Positions 18,893 to 27,958 of a stretch of DNA of 57,663 bases are shown here, piece by piece; the first letter of the stretch is position 1; the number at the start of each line of letters is the position of its first letter. The notes under the pieces were generated by a model. That model ran no database searches. It saw nothing but the letters and a program-made list of their open reading frames with translations, and had not been told where the DNA came from. The position numbers were made by a program, and so were the translations under genes. Source of the DNA: an uncultured Candidatus Saccharibacteria bacterium (GTDB taxonomy: Bacteria > Patescibacteriota > Minisyncoccia > Minisyncoccales > CAZBVF01); NCBI GenBank assembly GCA_964553275.1, contig CAZKKG010000002.1, positions 1 through 57,663 of the forward strand, in the 5' to 3' direction.

Positions 18893-20959
18893 TTATTTTC
18901 GCACTTCCCACCCTGGGTCTTCCTCTAGAACTTTAACTATTTTATCATGAACCTCATTTATCTCTTTTGCAGATAAAGTATGGTCTTCTGCCTGATATAC
19001 GATATGAAAAGCCAAATTCTTTTTGCCCCGGGGAAGCTCATCTCCCTCATAGATATCGAAAAGGTCTACATCTCTCACTAATTTTCCGCCAGCCGTATTT
19101 ATCTTATTTAAAACCTCAACAACTTTTATTTCTTGAGGAATCAGAATAGCTAAATCCCTTACTGCTGCAGGATAAAAAGATATGGGTCGATATTCATGTT
19201 CTTCGGAGGTCAATTCTATTAATTTTTCAAAATCAATATCAAAAACAAAAACTTTTTCTTTAATACCTAATCCCTCTGTAATTTCAGAATATATCTCCCC
19301 TATAAATCCAACTTCTTGATTGTCAATTTTAATCTCAGCGCTTTTTTGAGGATGCCATAGAGATATCTGGCTATTTTCAGGAGTGGCTTTGTAGCCGTCA
19401 TACCAAATATTGCCTATTCCCATTTTATTAATCAATGACTCTATTAATCCCTTTAGTTCGTAAAATAACTCATTCCCGCCCTTTTTTTCTACCAGAAGTC
19501 CGCTTATCATTTCTTTCTCTTTAAAAGGTTCTTGAGTTTTCTCCCCGTAACATTTTAAAAATATTCTTCCTGATTCAAAGATTTTTATTCTATTGAAATT
19601 CTTCAGATTTTCTTTGGCATTTTTTAACAGACTGAGAATCAAGCTCGGTCTCAAATACTTGTCAAACACACTCATGGGATTTTGAATTTCCAAGAGAGCT
19701 TTCTTTTTAAGCTTAAATGTCTCTTTTTCTTTATCGCCTATAAAAGAATAATTGTAGACTTCCGTAAACCCTCTTTCCTTTAAAATGTCCTTGCACATTC
19801 TGCGCCACGAAACCTTGTCATTTCTTTCGGGCGGAATCAAAAAAGTTTGGGGGAAAACTGAAGGAATATTATGGTAACCAAAAATCCTGCCCACCTCCTC
19901 TATTAAATCTTCCTGGATTGAAACATCTAATCTTCTGGTTGGAACTTGAACTAAAAGTTTTTTCTTTATTTCTTTTTTATCAACTTTAAACCCTAAATCT
20001 TTTAATATTTCAAGAATCCTCCGTTTTGGAATCTTTATTCCTAACAATCTTTCAAGATAGCCCAAGTCAAGTTTAATTTCTTTTGGCAAGACTTTCTTCG
20101 GATAAAAATCAACCAATCCTCTGCCAGGATCTCCTCCAACTATCTTTTGTATCAAAAAAAGCAGTCTCCTTTGACCGAATAAAGCCAGATTCGGATCTAT
20201 TCCGTTTTCAAAGCGCCACGAGGCATCTGTTTTCAGTTTTAATTTCTGAGATCCTTTACGTATAAGTTTTTGGTCAAAATTCGCTGCTTCAATAAGTATA
20301 TTTTTCGTTTCAGAATCAATTCCCGTAATATATCCCCCCTTTATACCAGCAATTGCTATCGGGTTTTCCTTGTCAGCTATAACAAGAATATCTTTATCCA
20401 GACTATAGGTTTTATCATCTAATGCTTCCATTTTTTCTCCCTTTTTTGCATTTCTTACAATTATCTTCCCCTTGATTTTATCTAAATCAAAGGCGTGCAG
20501 GGGCTGGCCCGTTTCAAGCATCACATAATTTGCCATATCAACAATGTTATTGATTGACTGAAGACCGCAAATTTTCAATCTTTGCTGAATCCATTGAGGA
20601 GAAGGTTCTATATTTACACCAAAGACTATTCCTGCGACATAACGAGGACAATCTGATGAGTTTTTAATATCTAATTTAATAAAGTCTTTGGTCTTTAAAT
20701 CCTTGCTTTCTTCAAAATTAATTTCGGGCTCCTGGAAGATATTTCCTGTTATTGCTGCAATTTCTCGGGCAATTCCAAGATAAGACAAGCAATCACAGGC
20801 TCTGTTTAATGTAATATCGATATCCAGCAACCAATCATCTTCTCTTTTTTCAATACTCTTTACCTCAAAAGCGTGCATAGTCAAAAGCTCTGCCGTTTTT
20901 TCCGGTCCTGGCATTTTCCCTTTAATGTAATCTTTCAGCCAATTATATGAGATCTTCAT
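18893..20959 (-). CDS. pheT: Phenylalanyl-tRNA synthetase beta subunit
   Basis: MKISYNWLKDYI start, B3/4 and B5 domains, and a position immediately after pheS. Confidence 0.92.
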   Translation of the reverse strand: MKISYNWLKDYIKGKMPGPEKTAELLTMHAFEVKSIEKREDDWLLDIDITLNRACDCLSYLGIAREIAAITGNIFQEPEINFEESKDLKTKDFIKLDIKNSSDCPRYVAGIVFGVNIEPSPQWIQQRLKICGLQSINNIVDMANYVMLETGQPLHAFDLDKIKGKIIVRNAKKGEKMEALDDKTYSLDKDILVIADKENPIAIAGIKGGYITGIDSETKNILIEAANFDQKLIRKGSQKLKLKTDASWRFENGIDPNLALFGQRRLLFLIQKIVGGDPGRGLVDFYPKKVLPKEIKLDLGYLERLLGIKIPKRRILEILKDLGFKVDKKEIKKKLLVQVPTRRLDVSIQEDLIEEVGRIFGYHNIPSVFPQTFLIPPERNDKVSWRRMCKDILKERGFTEVYNYSFIGDKEKETFKLKKKALLEIQNPMSVFDKYLRPSLILSLLKNAKENLKNFNRIKIFESGRIFLKCYGEKTQEPFKEKEMISGLLVEKKGGNELFYELKGLIESLINKMGIGNIWYDGYKATPENSQISLWHPQKSAEIKIDNQEVGFIGEIYSEITEGLGIKEKVFVFDIDFEKLIELTSEEHEYRPISFYPAAVRDLAILIPQEIKVVEVLNKINTAGGKLVRDVDLFDIYEGDELPRGKKNLAFHIVYQAEDHTLSAKEINEVHDKIVKVLEEDPGWEVRK

Positions 20960-20960
20960 A

Positions 20961-21974
20961 TTAAAATTGATTTAAAAATCTTAAGTCTCCTGAGTTAAAC
21001 AACCTAATATCATCAATCTTGTATTTTACCATCGCTAATCTATCTATCCCTACTCCGAAAGCAAAACCCTGCCACCCGCTTTCCGAAGGACTTTGAGTAT
21101 AGCCAACTGCTTTAAAGACATTAGGATGTACCATACCGGCTCCCATCAACTCCATCCAATCTCCTTTTTTTCTCCTCACACTAACTTCAAAGCTGGGTTC
21201 GGTAAAAGGAAAGTAATCGGGCTTCAAACGAATTTCGATGTCTGTTTTAAAAAACTTTCTTAAAAACTCTTCAATTATTGCCCTGAAGTTAGCAGCAGAG
21301 ATATTCTTATCAACCACTAATCCTTCAAGCTGGTAAAATTGAATTTCATGGGAAGCATCCGTTGCCTCATGACGAAAACACTTTCCAGGAACTATGATTT
21401 TGAAGGGAGGATGGTGTTTTTCCATATAGTGTGCCTGCATGGGAGAAGTATGAGTGCGCAATAAAAACTTCTCTTTAGACTTAAAGTCATCCTGGCGAAT
21501 CCAAAAAGTATCCCAAACATCTCTTGCCGGATGGTCTTTCGGAATATTTAAAGCATCAAAGTTATACCATTCCGTTTCAATTTCCGGACCTTCAATAATT
21601 GAAAATCCCATCGATTGAAATATTTCTCCAATTTCTCTCTGCACTAAAGTTAATGGATTTAAATGACCAATTTCCAATTTATAACCGGGTCTGGTAATAT
21701 CAATTCTTTCTTTTTTAACCTTTTCTAATTTTGCAATCTTTTTAATTTCCTCTGCCTTTTCCTTTATTGCTTTTTCAATCTTAACTTTCAATAAATTTGC
21801 TTGCTTACCCATATTCTTTCTTTCACCCGCCGAAATTTTCTTTAGGGAACTAAAAATCCGAGTAATTTCTCCTTTCTTACCCAAGTATTTACGAAAAATT
21901 TCATTTAAGACCTTCAAATCATTTGCTTTCTCTAGGTCTTTTTCAGCTTCTTTTCCAATATTTTTAAAATCCAT
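20961..21974 (-). CDS. pheS: Phenylalanyl-tRNA synthetase alpha subunit
   Basis: Class II motifs (FRHEATDASHEIQFYQLEG; GFAFGVGIDRLAM); 337 aa. Confidence 0.93.
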   Translation of the reverse strand: MDFKNIGKEAEKDLEKANDLKVLNEIFRKYLGKKGEITRIFSSLKKISAGERKNMGKQANLLKVKIEKAIKEKAEEIKKIAKLEKVKKERIDITRPGYKLEIGHLNPLTLVQREIGEIFQSMGFSIIEGPEIETEWYNFDALNIPKDHPARDVWDTFWIRQDDFKSKEKFLLRTHTSPMQAHYMEKHHPPFKIIVPGKCFRHEATDASHEIQFYQLEGLVVDKNISAANFRAIIEEFLRKFFKTDIEIRLKPDYFPFTEPSFEVSVRRKKGDWMELMGAGMVHPNVFKAVGYTQSPSESGWQGFAFGVGIDRLAMVKYKIDDIRLFNSGDLRFLNQF

Positions 21975-22093
21975 GATTTACAAATTGATACGATATTCGT
22001 ATGCGTTATTAGATAAAAAACAGATACTTATATATCCATTTTAACTTAATTCTAAACTAAAATCAACCGATTATTTTCCACAAATAGAATAAA

Positions 22094-22120
22094 AAAGCGA
22101 CAGATTTTTCCTGCCGCTTT
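22094..22120. terminator. Intrinsic terminator downstream of the 97-aa ORF
   Basis: AAAGCGACAG pairs with CTGCCGCTTT (one mismatch), flanked by A- and T-runs. Confidence 0.55.
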
Positions 22121-22128
22121 TTCAAAAA

Positions 22129-22422
22129 TTACCATTTATGGACTAAGGGATAGAAAGATATTTTTGATTTGCATACGACTATATCCAGTTTACCTTCTCT
22201 CACAAGAACTGTAAGCGCATTTCCAAGGTCTTCATCATCATAGTCAGTCTTGTTAAATTGCGTAAAAACATTCATAGCTCTCAGCGAATTGAGGGACCAG
22301 GAATTCTTTAATCTACTGTTATACTTTTTCTCAGACGCATTCTCCATAGCAACAACGTGATTAATAAATTTCTCTATCTCCCTCTTTAACAATTCCAATT
22401 TTAAAGTTCTCTCCCTTTTCAT
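22129..22422 (-). CDS. Hypothetical protein, 97 aa
   Basis: ORF with its own terminator. No motif recognised. Confidence 0.45.
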   Translation of the reverse strand: MKRERTLKLELLKREIEKFINHVVAMENASEKKYNSRLKNSWSLNSLRAMNVFTQFNKTDYDDEDLGNALTVLVREGKLDIVVCKSKISFYPLVHKW

Positions 22423-22549
22423 TTTTTATACCTCCTTTTTGGTAATTCATATTTTTACATTAAAGAACTTAAAATGAGAATTCACTATAACATTTTAAGA
22501 TTTCCGGGTCAATAAAAAACAAGCAACAATGTTGCTGATTTTTTTATAG

Positions 22550-22627
22550 TGGCGGGGACGATGGGATTTGAACCCACGATCTCCACTGTGACAAAGTGGC
22601 GCTTTAAACCAACTAAGCTACGCCCCC
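22550..22627 (-). tRNA. tRNA-Asp (GUC), CCA encoded
   Basis: Hand-folded cloverleaf: GGGGGCG/UA/GCUU-AGUUGGUUUA-AAGC/G/CCACU-UUGUCAC-AGUGG/AGAUC/GUGGG-UUCAAAU-CCCAU/CGUCCCC-G-CCA. Confidence 0.9.
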
Positions 22628-22636
22628 AATTTTATA

Positions 22637-22707
22637 TACCGGGGGCGGGAATCGAACCCACATTAATCGCTTATGAAACGACCTTAGAGACCAATCTACT
22701 CCCCGGC
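22637..22707 (-). tRNA. tRNA with CAU anticodon (elongator Met or Ile2), non-canonical D-arm geometry
   Basis: Acceptor GCCGGGG/CCCCGGU (G1-U72). Anticodon arm GUCGU-UUCAUAA-GCGAU. T arm GUGGG-UUCGAUU-CCCGC. D stem UAGA/UCUA has a 6-nt loop, A at position 8 and 2 nt before the anticodon stem. No CCA is encoded. Confidence 0.65.
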
Positions 22708-22848
22708 CTGAGATTATTTATTTCTTATTTGTGCCTTGGCCAATCCTTCAATTAAACCAAAAATCTGATAGTAAAGTTCGGATGATTTTCTAATTTTAAT
22801 CGTAAGTGTTCCAAAATGAACTGAAAAATTTCGTAACAAGCAATCTTG

Positions 22849-22919
22849 TTGCGGGGGCACGAATTGCACGTGCGTCTCGGGGTTATGGGCCCCGCAAGGT
22901 ACTACTCCTCCACCCCGCG
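22849..22919 (-). tRNA. Initiator tRNA-fMet (CAU)
   Basis: CGCGGGG...CCCCGCA-A gives the C1xA72 mismatch. A11:U24 is present, and the anticodon stem has the G29-31:C39-41 run (CGGGG-CCCAUAA-CCCCG). The 5' half closely matches the E. coli initiator. No CCA is encoded. Confidence 0.85.
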
Positions 22920-22955
22920 ATATAATTATTTTACAAAAGGAATTATAACAAACTT

Positions 22956-23486
22956 TTAAAAAACTTGCAAATCCTTTAAAGCTTGTCCGAAATAATCCAA
23001 GGTTTCTTTGGCTTCATCAAGAGATAATCTGTAATTCGGATCATAAACTATTTTATTGCGGGTTTCGCAAGCAACTTCAACGCCTCTTTTATCAGAAATG
23101 GTCACCGGTGATAATTTATCCAATCTTTCTTTCAAAGTGTCTCCTGGATAATTCAGTCTTTTTAAAATATTGTCCAGCATCTCTTCTGCTTCAAGTATGG
23201 CAACTTTGTATTCGTCCTCGGATCCCGATTCCAGTCTTTCAATTATCTTGTTCCATTGCTTAATCAGCTTGCCCATTCCCATGGGCCGATAGCTGAAAAA
23301 TCCAACTATATCTTCAAGATAGCGATATCTCAGCCAATTTGTCCTTAAAACAATAAAGGCAATCATTGCAAGAAGAACTACACCTAATACAAAAAAGACA
23401 AACTTCAAGCCCAGTATAAGTAAAGGGGGAACATTTATTGAAGAAAGAGATAAAATTATCTTTTCCATAAATTTAAAGTTTTTCAA
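22956..23486 (-). CDS. Hypothetical membrane-anchored protein, 176 aa
   Basis: N-terminal TM LLILGLKFVFFVLGVVLLAMIAFIVL. Overlaps the gatA 3' end by 14 nt (co-transcribed). No motif recognised. Confidence 0.55.
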   Translation of the reverse strand: MKNFKFMEKIILSLSSINVPPLLILGLKFVFFVLGVVLLAMIAFIVLRTNWLRYRYLEDIVGFFSYRPMGMGKLIKQWNKIIERLESGSEDEYKVAILEAEEMLDNILKRLNYPGDTLKERLDKLSPVTISDKRGVEVACETRNKIVYDPNYRLSLDEAKETLDYFGQALKDLQVF

Positions 23487-24936
23487 AGATATTTGCTATC
23501 TCAAGTATTTTAAAATCTTCAAATTCTTTACCAATGATTTGTATTCCCGCGGGGAGATTATTAATATTTCCCGCAGGGACAGAAATAGCGGGAAGTCCGG
23601 TTAAATTGGCAGGTATCATGAAAGTATCTAAGAGATACATAGAAAGAGGGTTTTCCATTTTTTCACCGAATTTAAAAGGCAAAATCGAAGAACTGGGAGC
23701 CAAAATTGCATCAACTTCTTTGAAAGCATTCTTAAAATCATCTTTTATTAAAGTACGCACCTTTTGAGCTTTTACATAATATGCTTCGTGATAACCCGCC
23801 GACAAAGAATATGTACCAAGCATAATTCTGCGTTTTACTTCTTCTCCAAACCCTTCGCTTCTTGTTTTTAGATAAACATCTATTAAATCCTTCACTTCAC
23901 TTTTATCCCCGACAGAAGCTGAATAGCCGTACTTCATACCGTCATACCTTGCTAGGTTTGCAGAAACCTCCGAGGGCATAATAATATAGTAAACAGCTAA
24001 AGCATAACGAACATGGGGCAGAGAAACCTCTTTTATCTTTATCCCAATCTTCCTAAGTTTTTCAATAGATTCCCTTAATCTGCCTTCAATTTCAGGAGAA
24101 AGGCCTGTCTCTTCTCCGGAGCTGTTTTCCCTGGATAGACTAAAATATTCCTTCGGCACTCCAAGAACTAAATCTTTTGGATCCTTAATGGAAAAATGTT
24201 CAATTTCTTTCCTGCAACTCGTTGAATCCATTTTGTCAGGACCAACTATCGCCTCAAAAACCGTTTTAGCGTCTTCAATATTTTTAGCAAAAGGTCCAAT
24301 CTGATCAAGCGAGGAAGCCATCGCAATAAGACCATATCTTGACACGGCTCCATAAGTGGGTTTAAAACCTACCACTCCGCAAAAAGAAGCAGGCAATCGA
24401 ATTGACCCTCCCGTGTCAGAACCCAAGCTAAAAAGACATTGATTATCAGCGAGTCCGGCCGCAGGCCCTGAAGAAGAACCTCCTGGAACTCTTTCAGGAT
24501 CATGAGGATTTAAGGTTTTTCCAAAAGCAGAACGCTCTCCTGAAGATCCTATCGCAAATTCATCCAAATTGGCTTTGCCTAGTATTATCGCTCCATGATT
24601 TTTGAGCTTTCTGACAACAGAGGCGTCATAGCAAGCCATATAGTTCTGTAGAATTTTAGATCCGGCCGTACATTTCACACCTTTAACTAAAATATTGTCC
24701 TTAATCAGGCAGGGAATACCGGCTAAAACCGGAAGCTCAATTTTTTTAGAAATAAATTTATCAATTTCTTTTGCCTTTAAAACAGCTTCTTCTTCGCATA
24801 AGCTTAAAACCGCATTGACCTTGCCATTTCTTTCTTTAATCCTATCTAAGAACGCTTGGGTTAATTCCAAAGCAGAAAATTCTTTTTTAAGCAGAGATTG
24901 ACGCGCTTCGGATATAGTTAATTCATTAAGCTTCAT
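23473..24936 (-). CDS. gatA: Glu/Asp-tRNA amidotransferase subunit A
   Basis: Amidase signature GGSSSGPAAGLA...GSDTGGSIRLPASFCGVVGFKPTYG. Confidence 0.93.
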   Translation of the reverse strand: MKLNELTISEARQSLLKKEFSALELTQAFLDRIKERNGKVNAVLSLCEEEAVLKAKEIDKFISKKIELPVLAGIPCLIKDNILVKGVKCTAGSKILQNYMACYDASVVRKLKNHGAIILGKANLDEFAIGSSGERSAFGKTLNPHDPERVPGGSSSGPAAGLADNQCLFSLGSDTGGSIRLPASFCGVVGFKPTYGAVSRYGLIAMASSLDQIGPFAKNIEDAKTVFEAIVGPDKMDSTSCRKEIEHFSIKDPKDLVLGVPKEYFSLSRENSSGEETGLSPEIEGRLRESIEKLRKIGIKIKEVSLPHVRYALAVYYIIMPSEVSANLARYDGMKYGYSASVGDKSEVKDLIDVYLKTRSEGFGEEVKRRIMLGTYSLSAGYHEAYYVKAQKVRTLIKDDFKNAFKEVDAILAPSSSILPFKFGEKMENPLSMYLLDTFMIPANLTGLPAISVPAGNINNLPAGIQIIGKEFEDFKILEIANIFEKL

Positions 24937-24960
24937 AATTATCCCTGTTTAAGGTTATAT

Positions 24961-25248
24961 CTACAATATTGGTTTTACCTGGATATGATTCCCTTTTTGA
25001 TGCGGAGCTGATTTAATCAGTTTACTTGCAAGCTCGGAAGACTTTTTTTCTCCTTCGTCCTCTCTCATTATGTTTTCAGTTAAAACAACATGACTTGTGG
25101 GATTAACGCCCGAAACGTCCAACTTATTTAATTCTCCAAAATAGTCCAAAATAGAAGAAAGGTCTTCTTTGAGACTGTTTACTTCTTTCGCACTTAACCC
25201 TAAACGAGCAAGTTTTGCAATATGTTTTACTTCTTCTTTAGAGACCAT
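24961..25248 (-). CDS. gatC: Glu/Asp-tRNA amidotransferase subunit C
   Basis: 95 aa, VKHIAKLARLGLSAKEV start, located upstream of gatA. Confidence 0.88.
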   Translation of the reverse strand: MVSKEEVKHIAKLARLGLSAKEVNSLKEDLSSILDYFGELNKLDVSGVNPTSHVVLTENIMREDEGEKKSSELASKLIKSAPHQKGNHIQVKPIL

Positions 25249-25260
25249 GATTGGTAAGAT

Positions 25261-26373
25261 TTATCTCGGAGGTTCAAGTTCTTCCGTTTTTATTAAAATT
25301 TCCCTTAAGCTGTCTAAATCTTCTAAAACCATGCCTGCCCCCCTAACAACAGCTGTCAAAGGATCATCAATGACCTTTGTAGGAATCTTTGTCTCTTTTG
25401 CAATTAAAGAGTCCAGTCCTTTAAGCAAAGAGCCTCCTCCTGCAAGATGGATTCCTTTAGACATAATATCAGCTAGAAGCTCTGGAGGAGTTTCTTCTAT
25501 TGTTAACTTTATCTCATTCACAATTTGCTTTACGGATTTTTCCATTGCCTGACGAATATCTTTAGCAGAGACCGTAATTTCTTCGGGCAAACCCGTAATC
25601 AAATTTCTTCCACGGAGGGACATTTCTTTTGGAATCTTTTCTTTTTTAGAAGAACCGCCCGGAGAATCTGAAAAAAGTTCCTCTTTTTTAACAGGGTATG
25701 CCGAACCTATCTTAATTTTAATATTTTCAGAAGTCCTTTCTCCTATCAAAAGCTTATATTCTTCCTGGGCAAAATTGATTATATCCTCATTAAGCTTGTC
25801 TCCGGCAATCTTTGAACTCTTAGACAAAACCAATCCCCCCAGTGAAATAACTGCAACTTCTGTTGTTCCTCCTCCTATATCTACAATAAAGTTTCCCTCT
25901 GCTTCCTGAACCGATAACCTAGCTCCCAAAGCAGCAGCCATTGGCTCTTCAATGAGATAAACTTCTCTTGCTCCGGCATTTTTAGCAGCATCTTGAACCG
26001 CTTTCTTCTCAACTTCGGTTACTCCGCAAGGAATTCCTATAATAACCCGCGGACCAAAAATAGCTGATAATTTTCTCCTGCTTACCTTCTGGATAAAATA
26101 TCTGAGCATTTGCTCTGTCGTTTCAAAATCAGAAATCACTCCTTTAACTAAGGGTCTTGTAGCTACAATGTGGGAAGGTGTGCGCCCCACCATTTTTTTT
26201 GCTTCATCTCCAATAGCCAGAACCTGACCCGTCTTCTTATTTATTGCCACCACCGAAGGTTCAGTAATAACGATTCCTCTTCCTTTGACGTAAACTAAAG
26301 AATTCGCCGTTCCCAAATCAATAGCAATATCTTCTGATATATGGGAAATAAATTTGTGAAAATTAATATTCAT
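25261..26373 (-). CDS. mreB: MreB/Mbl-family actin-like protein (paralogue 1, with an insertion)
   Basis: DLGTANSLVYVKGRGIV, DIGGGTTEVAVISLGG, GIHLAGGGSLLKGLD. Carries an extra roughly 25-aa segment (ELFSDSPGGSSKKEKIPKEMS) relative to the 30699 copy. Confidence 0.85.
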   Translation of the reverse strand: MNINFHKFISHISEDIAIDLGTANSLVYVKGRGIVITEPSVVAINKKTGQVLAIGDEAKKMVGRTPSHIVATRPLVKGVISDFETTEQMLRYFIQKVSRRKLSAIFGPRVIIGIPCGVTEVEKKAVQDAAKNAGAREVYLIEEPMAAALGARLSVQEAEGNFIVDIGGGTTEVAVISLGGLVLSKSSKIAGDKLNEDIINFAQEEYKLLIGERTSENIKIKIGSAYPVKKEELFSDSPGGSSKKEKIPKEMSLRGRNLITGLPEEITVSAKDIRQAMEKSVKQIVNEIKLTIEETPPELLADIMSKGIHLAGGGSLLKGLDSLIAKETKIPTKVIDDPLTAVVRGAGMVLEDLDSLREILIKTEELEPPR

Positions 26374-26504
26374 ACCCCGTTAGAAAAATTTCGAATTACA
26401 CTCATTGTATATATGCGAAATTCCTTAAATAAATTATTATTGTTTTAAGTGCCCTGTAGTAGAAATCTCTTTAGAGCGTTCTTCTAACGGAGCACAATCT
26501 TATA

Positions 26505-27953
26505 CTAATATGCTTGACCAAAAATCCATTTTTTCGAGGATTCCCTGCCGCAGCAAATGCATTTGCCTTTTTTATTGGAAGTATCATTGGATAAACAGCG
26601 AATAGTGGCTTTCGTTTCCCTTTTTATCCTTGCTTCACATTTTGGATCACCGCACCAAAAAACTTTTAAAAGGCCTTTTTTGGTTTTCATTATTTCTTTA
26701 AAGTCTTTGTATTTCGAAACCTCCGCTATATTACTTTTTAAATATTTCCTGCTTTTCTGAAAAAGACTTTTCTGGATTGCTCCAAGAACTTCTTCTGTTT
26801 CTTTTTTTAGACAATTGAAGGGAATTAATTCTTTTTTCCTGTTATCTCTTCGTACAAACGTTATCTTCTTATTCTTTATTTCCTTTTCTCCAATCTCTAT
26901 TCTTAAAGGCACCCCTTTCAATTCCCATTCATTAAATTTCCAACCGGGAGAATATTCTTCCCTCATATCAATTTCTACTCTAAAGTTCCTCAAGATTTTC
27001 TTTATCTGTTCTGCCTTTTGTCTTAAAGCCTTTCCATTTCCATTCTTTTTTAGAATAGGGATAATGATAACTTGGATCGGGGCAACTTTCGGAGGAATAA
27101 TGAGCCCGGCATCGTCACCGTGGACCATAACTAAGGCTCCGACACTTCGGGTACTCAATCCCCATGAAGTCTGCCAAGGCATTTCTTCTTCTCCCTTTCT
27201 GTTTTTAAATTTAATATTGAACACCTTAGTAAAATTCTGGCCCAAATCATGAGAGGTAGCCCCCTGTAATGCTTTACCGTCGGGCATTAGCATTTCATAA
27301 GAAAAAGTTTTCTCGGCTCCGGGAAACTTTTCTCCTTCGCTTTTTTCGCCTGAGATGCCGTCAATACCGAGAAGGTCCCGGTATACCTCGATATAAGTAT
27401 TTAAAGCATCTTTCACCTGCTTCAATGCTTCCTTATGAGTTTCATGGAGCGTATGGCCTTCCTGCCATAAAAATTCAGTCGTCCTTAAGAGTAAACGCGG
27501 CCTTTTTTCCCATCTTACAATATTGCACCACTGATTAACTAAGACGGGTAAATCTCTCCACGATTTTACCCATTTTGCAAAGGTCTTACAAATAATTGTT
27601 TCTGAAGTGGGTCTCACCACAAGCTTTTCTTTTAATTTCTTTCCCCCTCCGATGGTAACAACCGTTAATTCCGGAGAAAATCCCTTAACATGCTCTTTCT
27701 CTTTTTTTAAAAAGCTTTCCGGAATGAAAATAGGAAAGTAAACGTTTTTCACTCCCATTTTTTTAATCTTCTTATCAAGACAATCTTGGATATTTTCCCA
27801 AATAGCAAAACCGTAAGGTTTTAAAATCTGGCATCCTCTTATTGGAGCATATTCGGCAAGTCCGGCTTTAAGAATAACATCGGTATACCACCGAGAAAAA
27901 TCTTCTGACTTTTTAACTAATTGTTTTTTTTCAAACTCCTTTTTCATACGCAC
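26505..27953 (-). CDS. proS: Prolyl-tRNA synthetase, archaeal/eukaryote-like type
   Basis: FSRWYTDVILKAGLAEY start, no bacterial INS editing insertion, a C-terminal Cys-rich domain, and a terminal Tyr (FGQAY). Confidence 0.88.
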   Translation of the reverse strand: MRMKKEFEKKQLVKKSEDFSRWYTDVILKAGLAEYAPIRGCQILKPYGFAIWENIQDCLDKKIKKMGVKNVYFPIFIPESFLKKEKEHVKGFSPELTVVTIGGGKKLKEKLVVRPTSETIICKTFAKWVKSWRDLPVLVNQWCNIVRWEKRPRLLLRTTEFLWQEGHTLHETHKEALKQVKDALNTYIEVYRDLLGIDGISGEKSEGEKFPGAEKTFSYEMLMPDGKALQGATSHDLGQNFTKVFNIKFKNRKGEEEMPWQTSWGLSTRSVGALVMVHGDDAGLIIPPKVAPIQVIIIPILKKNGNGKALRQKAEQIKKILRNFRVEIDMREEYSPGWKFNEWELKGVPLRIEIGEKEIKNKKITFVRRDNRKKELIPFNCLKKETEEVLGAIQKSLFQKSRKYLKSNIAEVSKYKDFKEIMKTKKGLLKVFWCGDPKCEARIKRETKATIRCLSNDTSNKKGKCICCGRESSKKWIFGQAY

Positions 27954-27958
27954 ATTTT

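Noticed and set aside
22637-22707. Alternative register giving a UCA anticodon (opal suppressor or Sec-like tRNA)
   Set aside because: In that register the anticodon stem does not pair (G-A and G-G oppositions) and position 37 would be U. The CAU register gives a 5-bp stem and a proper 7-nt loop.
22549-22755. 68-aa plus-strand ORF (MAGTMGFEPT...) in the ORF track
   Set aside because: It is the antisense shadow of two minus-strand tRNA genes. The peptide GFEPT is the classic reverse translation of a T-arm.
26376-26487. Long-range 9-nt complementarity CCGTTAGAA / TTCTAACGG bracketing the proS-mreB spacer
   Set aside because: It is a single 9-bp match across about 95 nt with no supporting internal structure or known motif, and could easily arise by chance.
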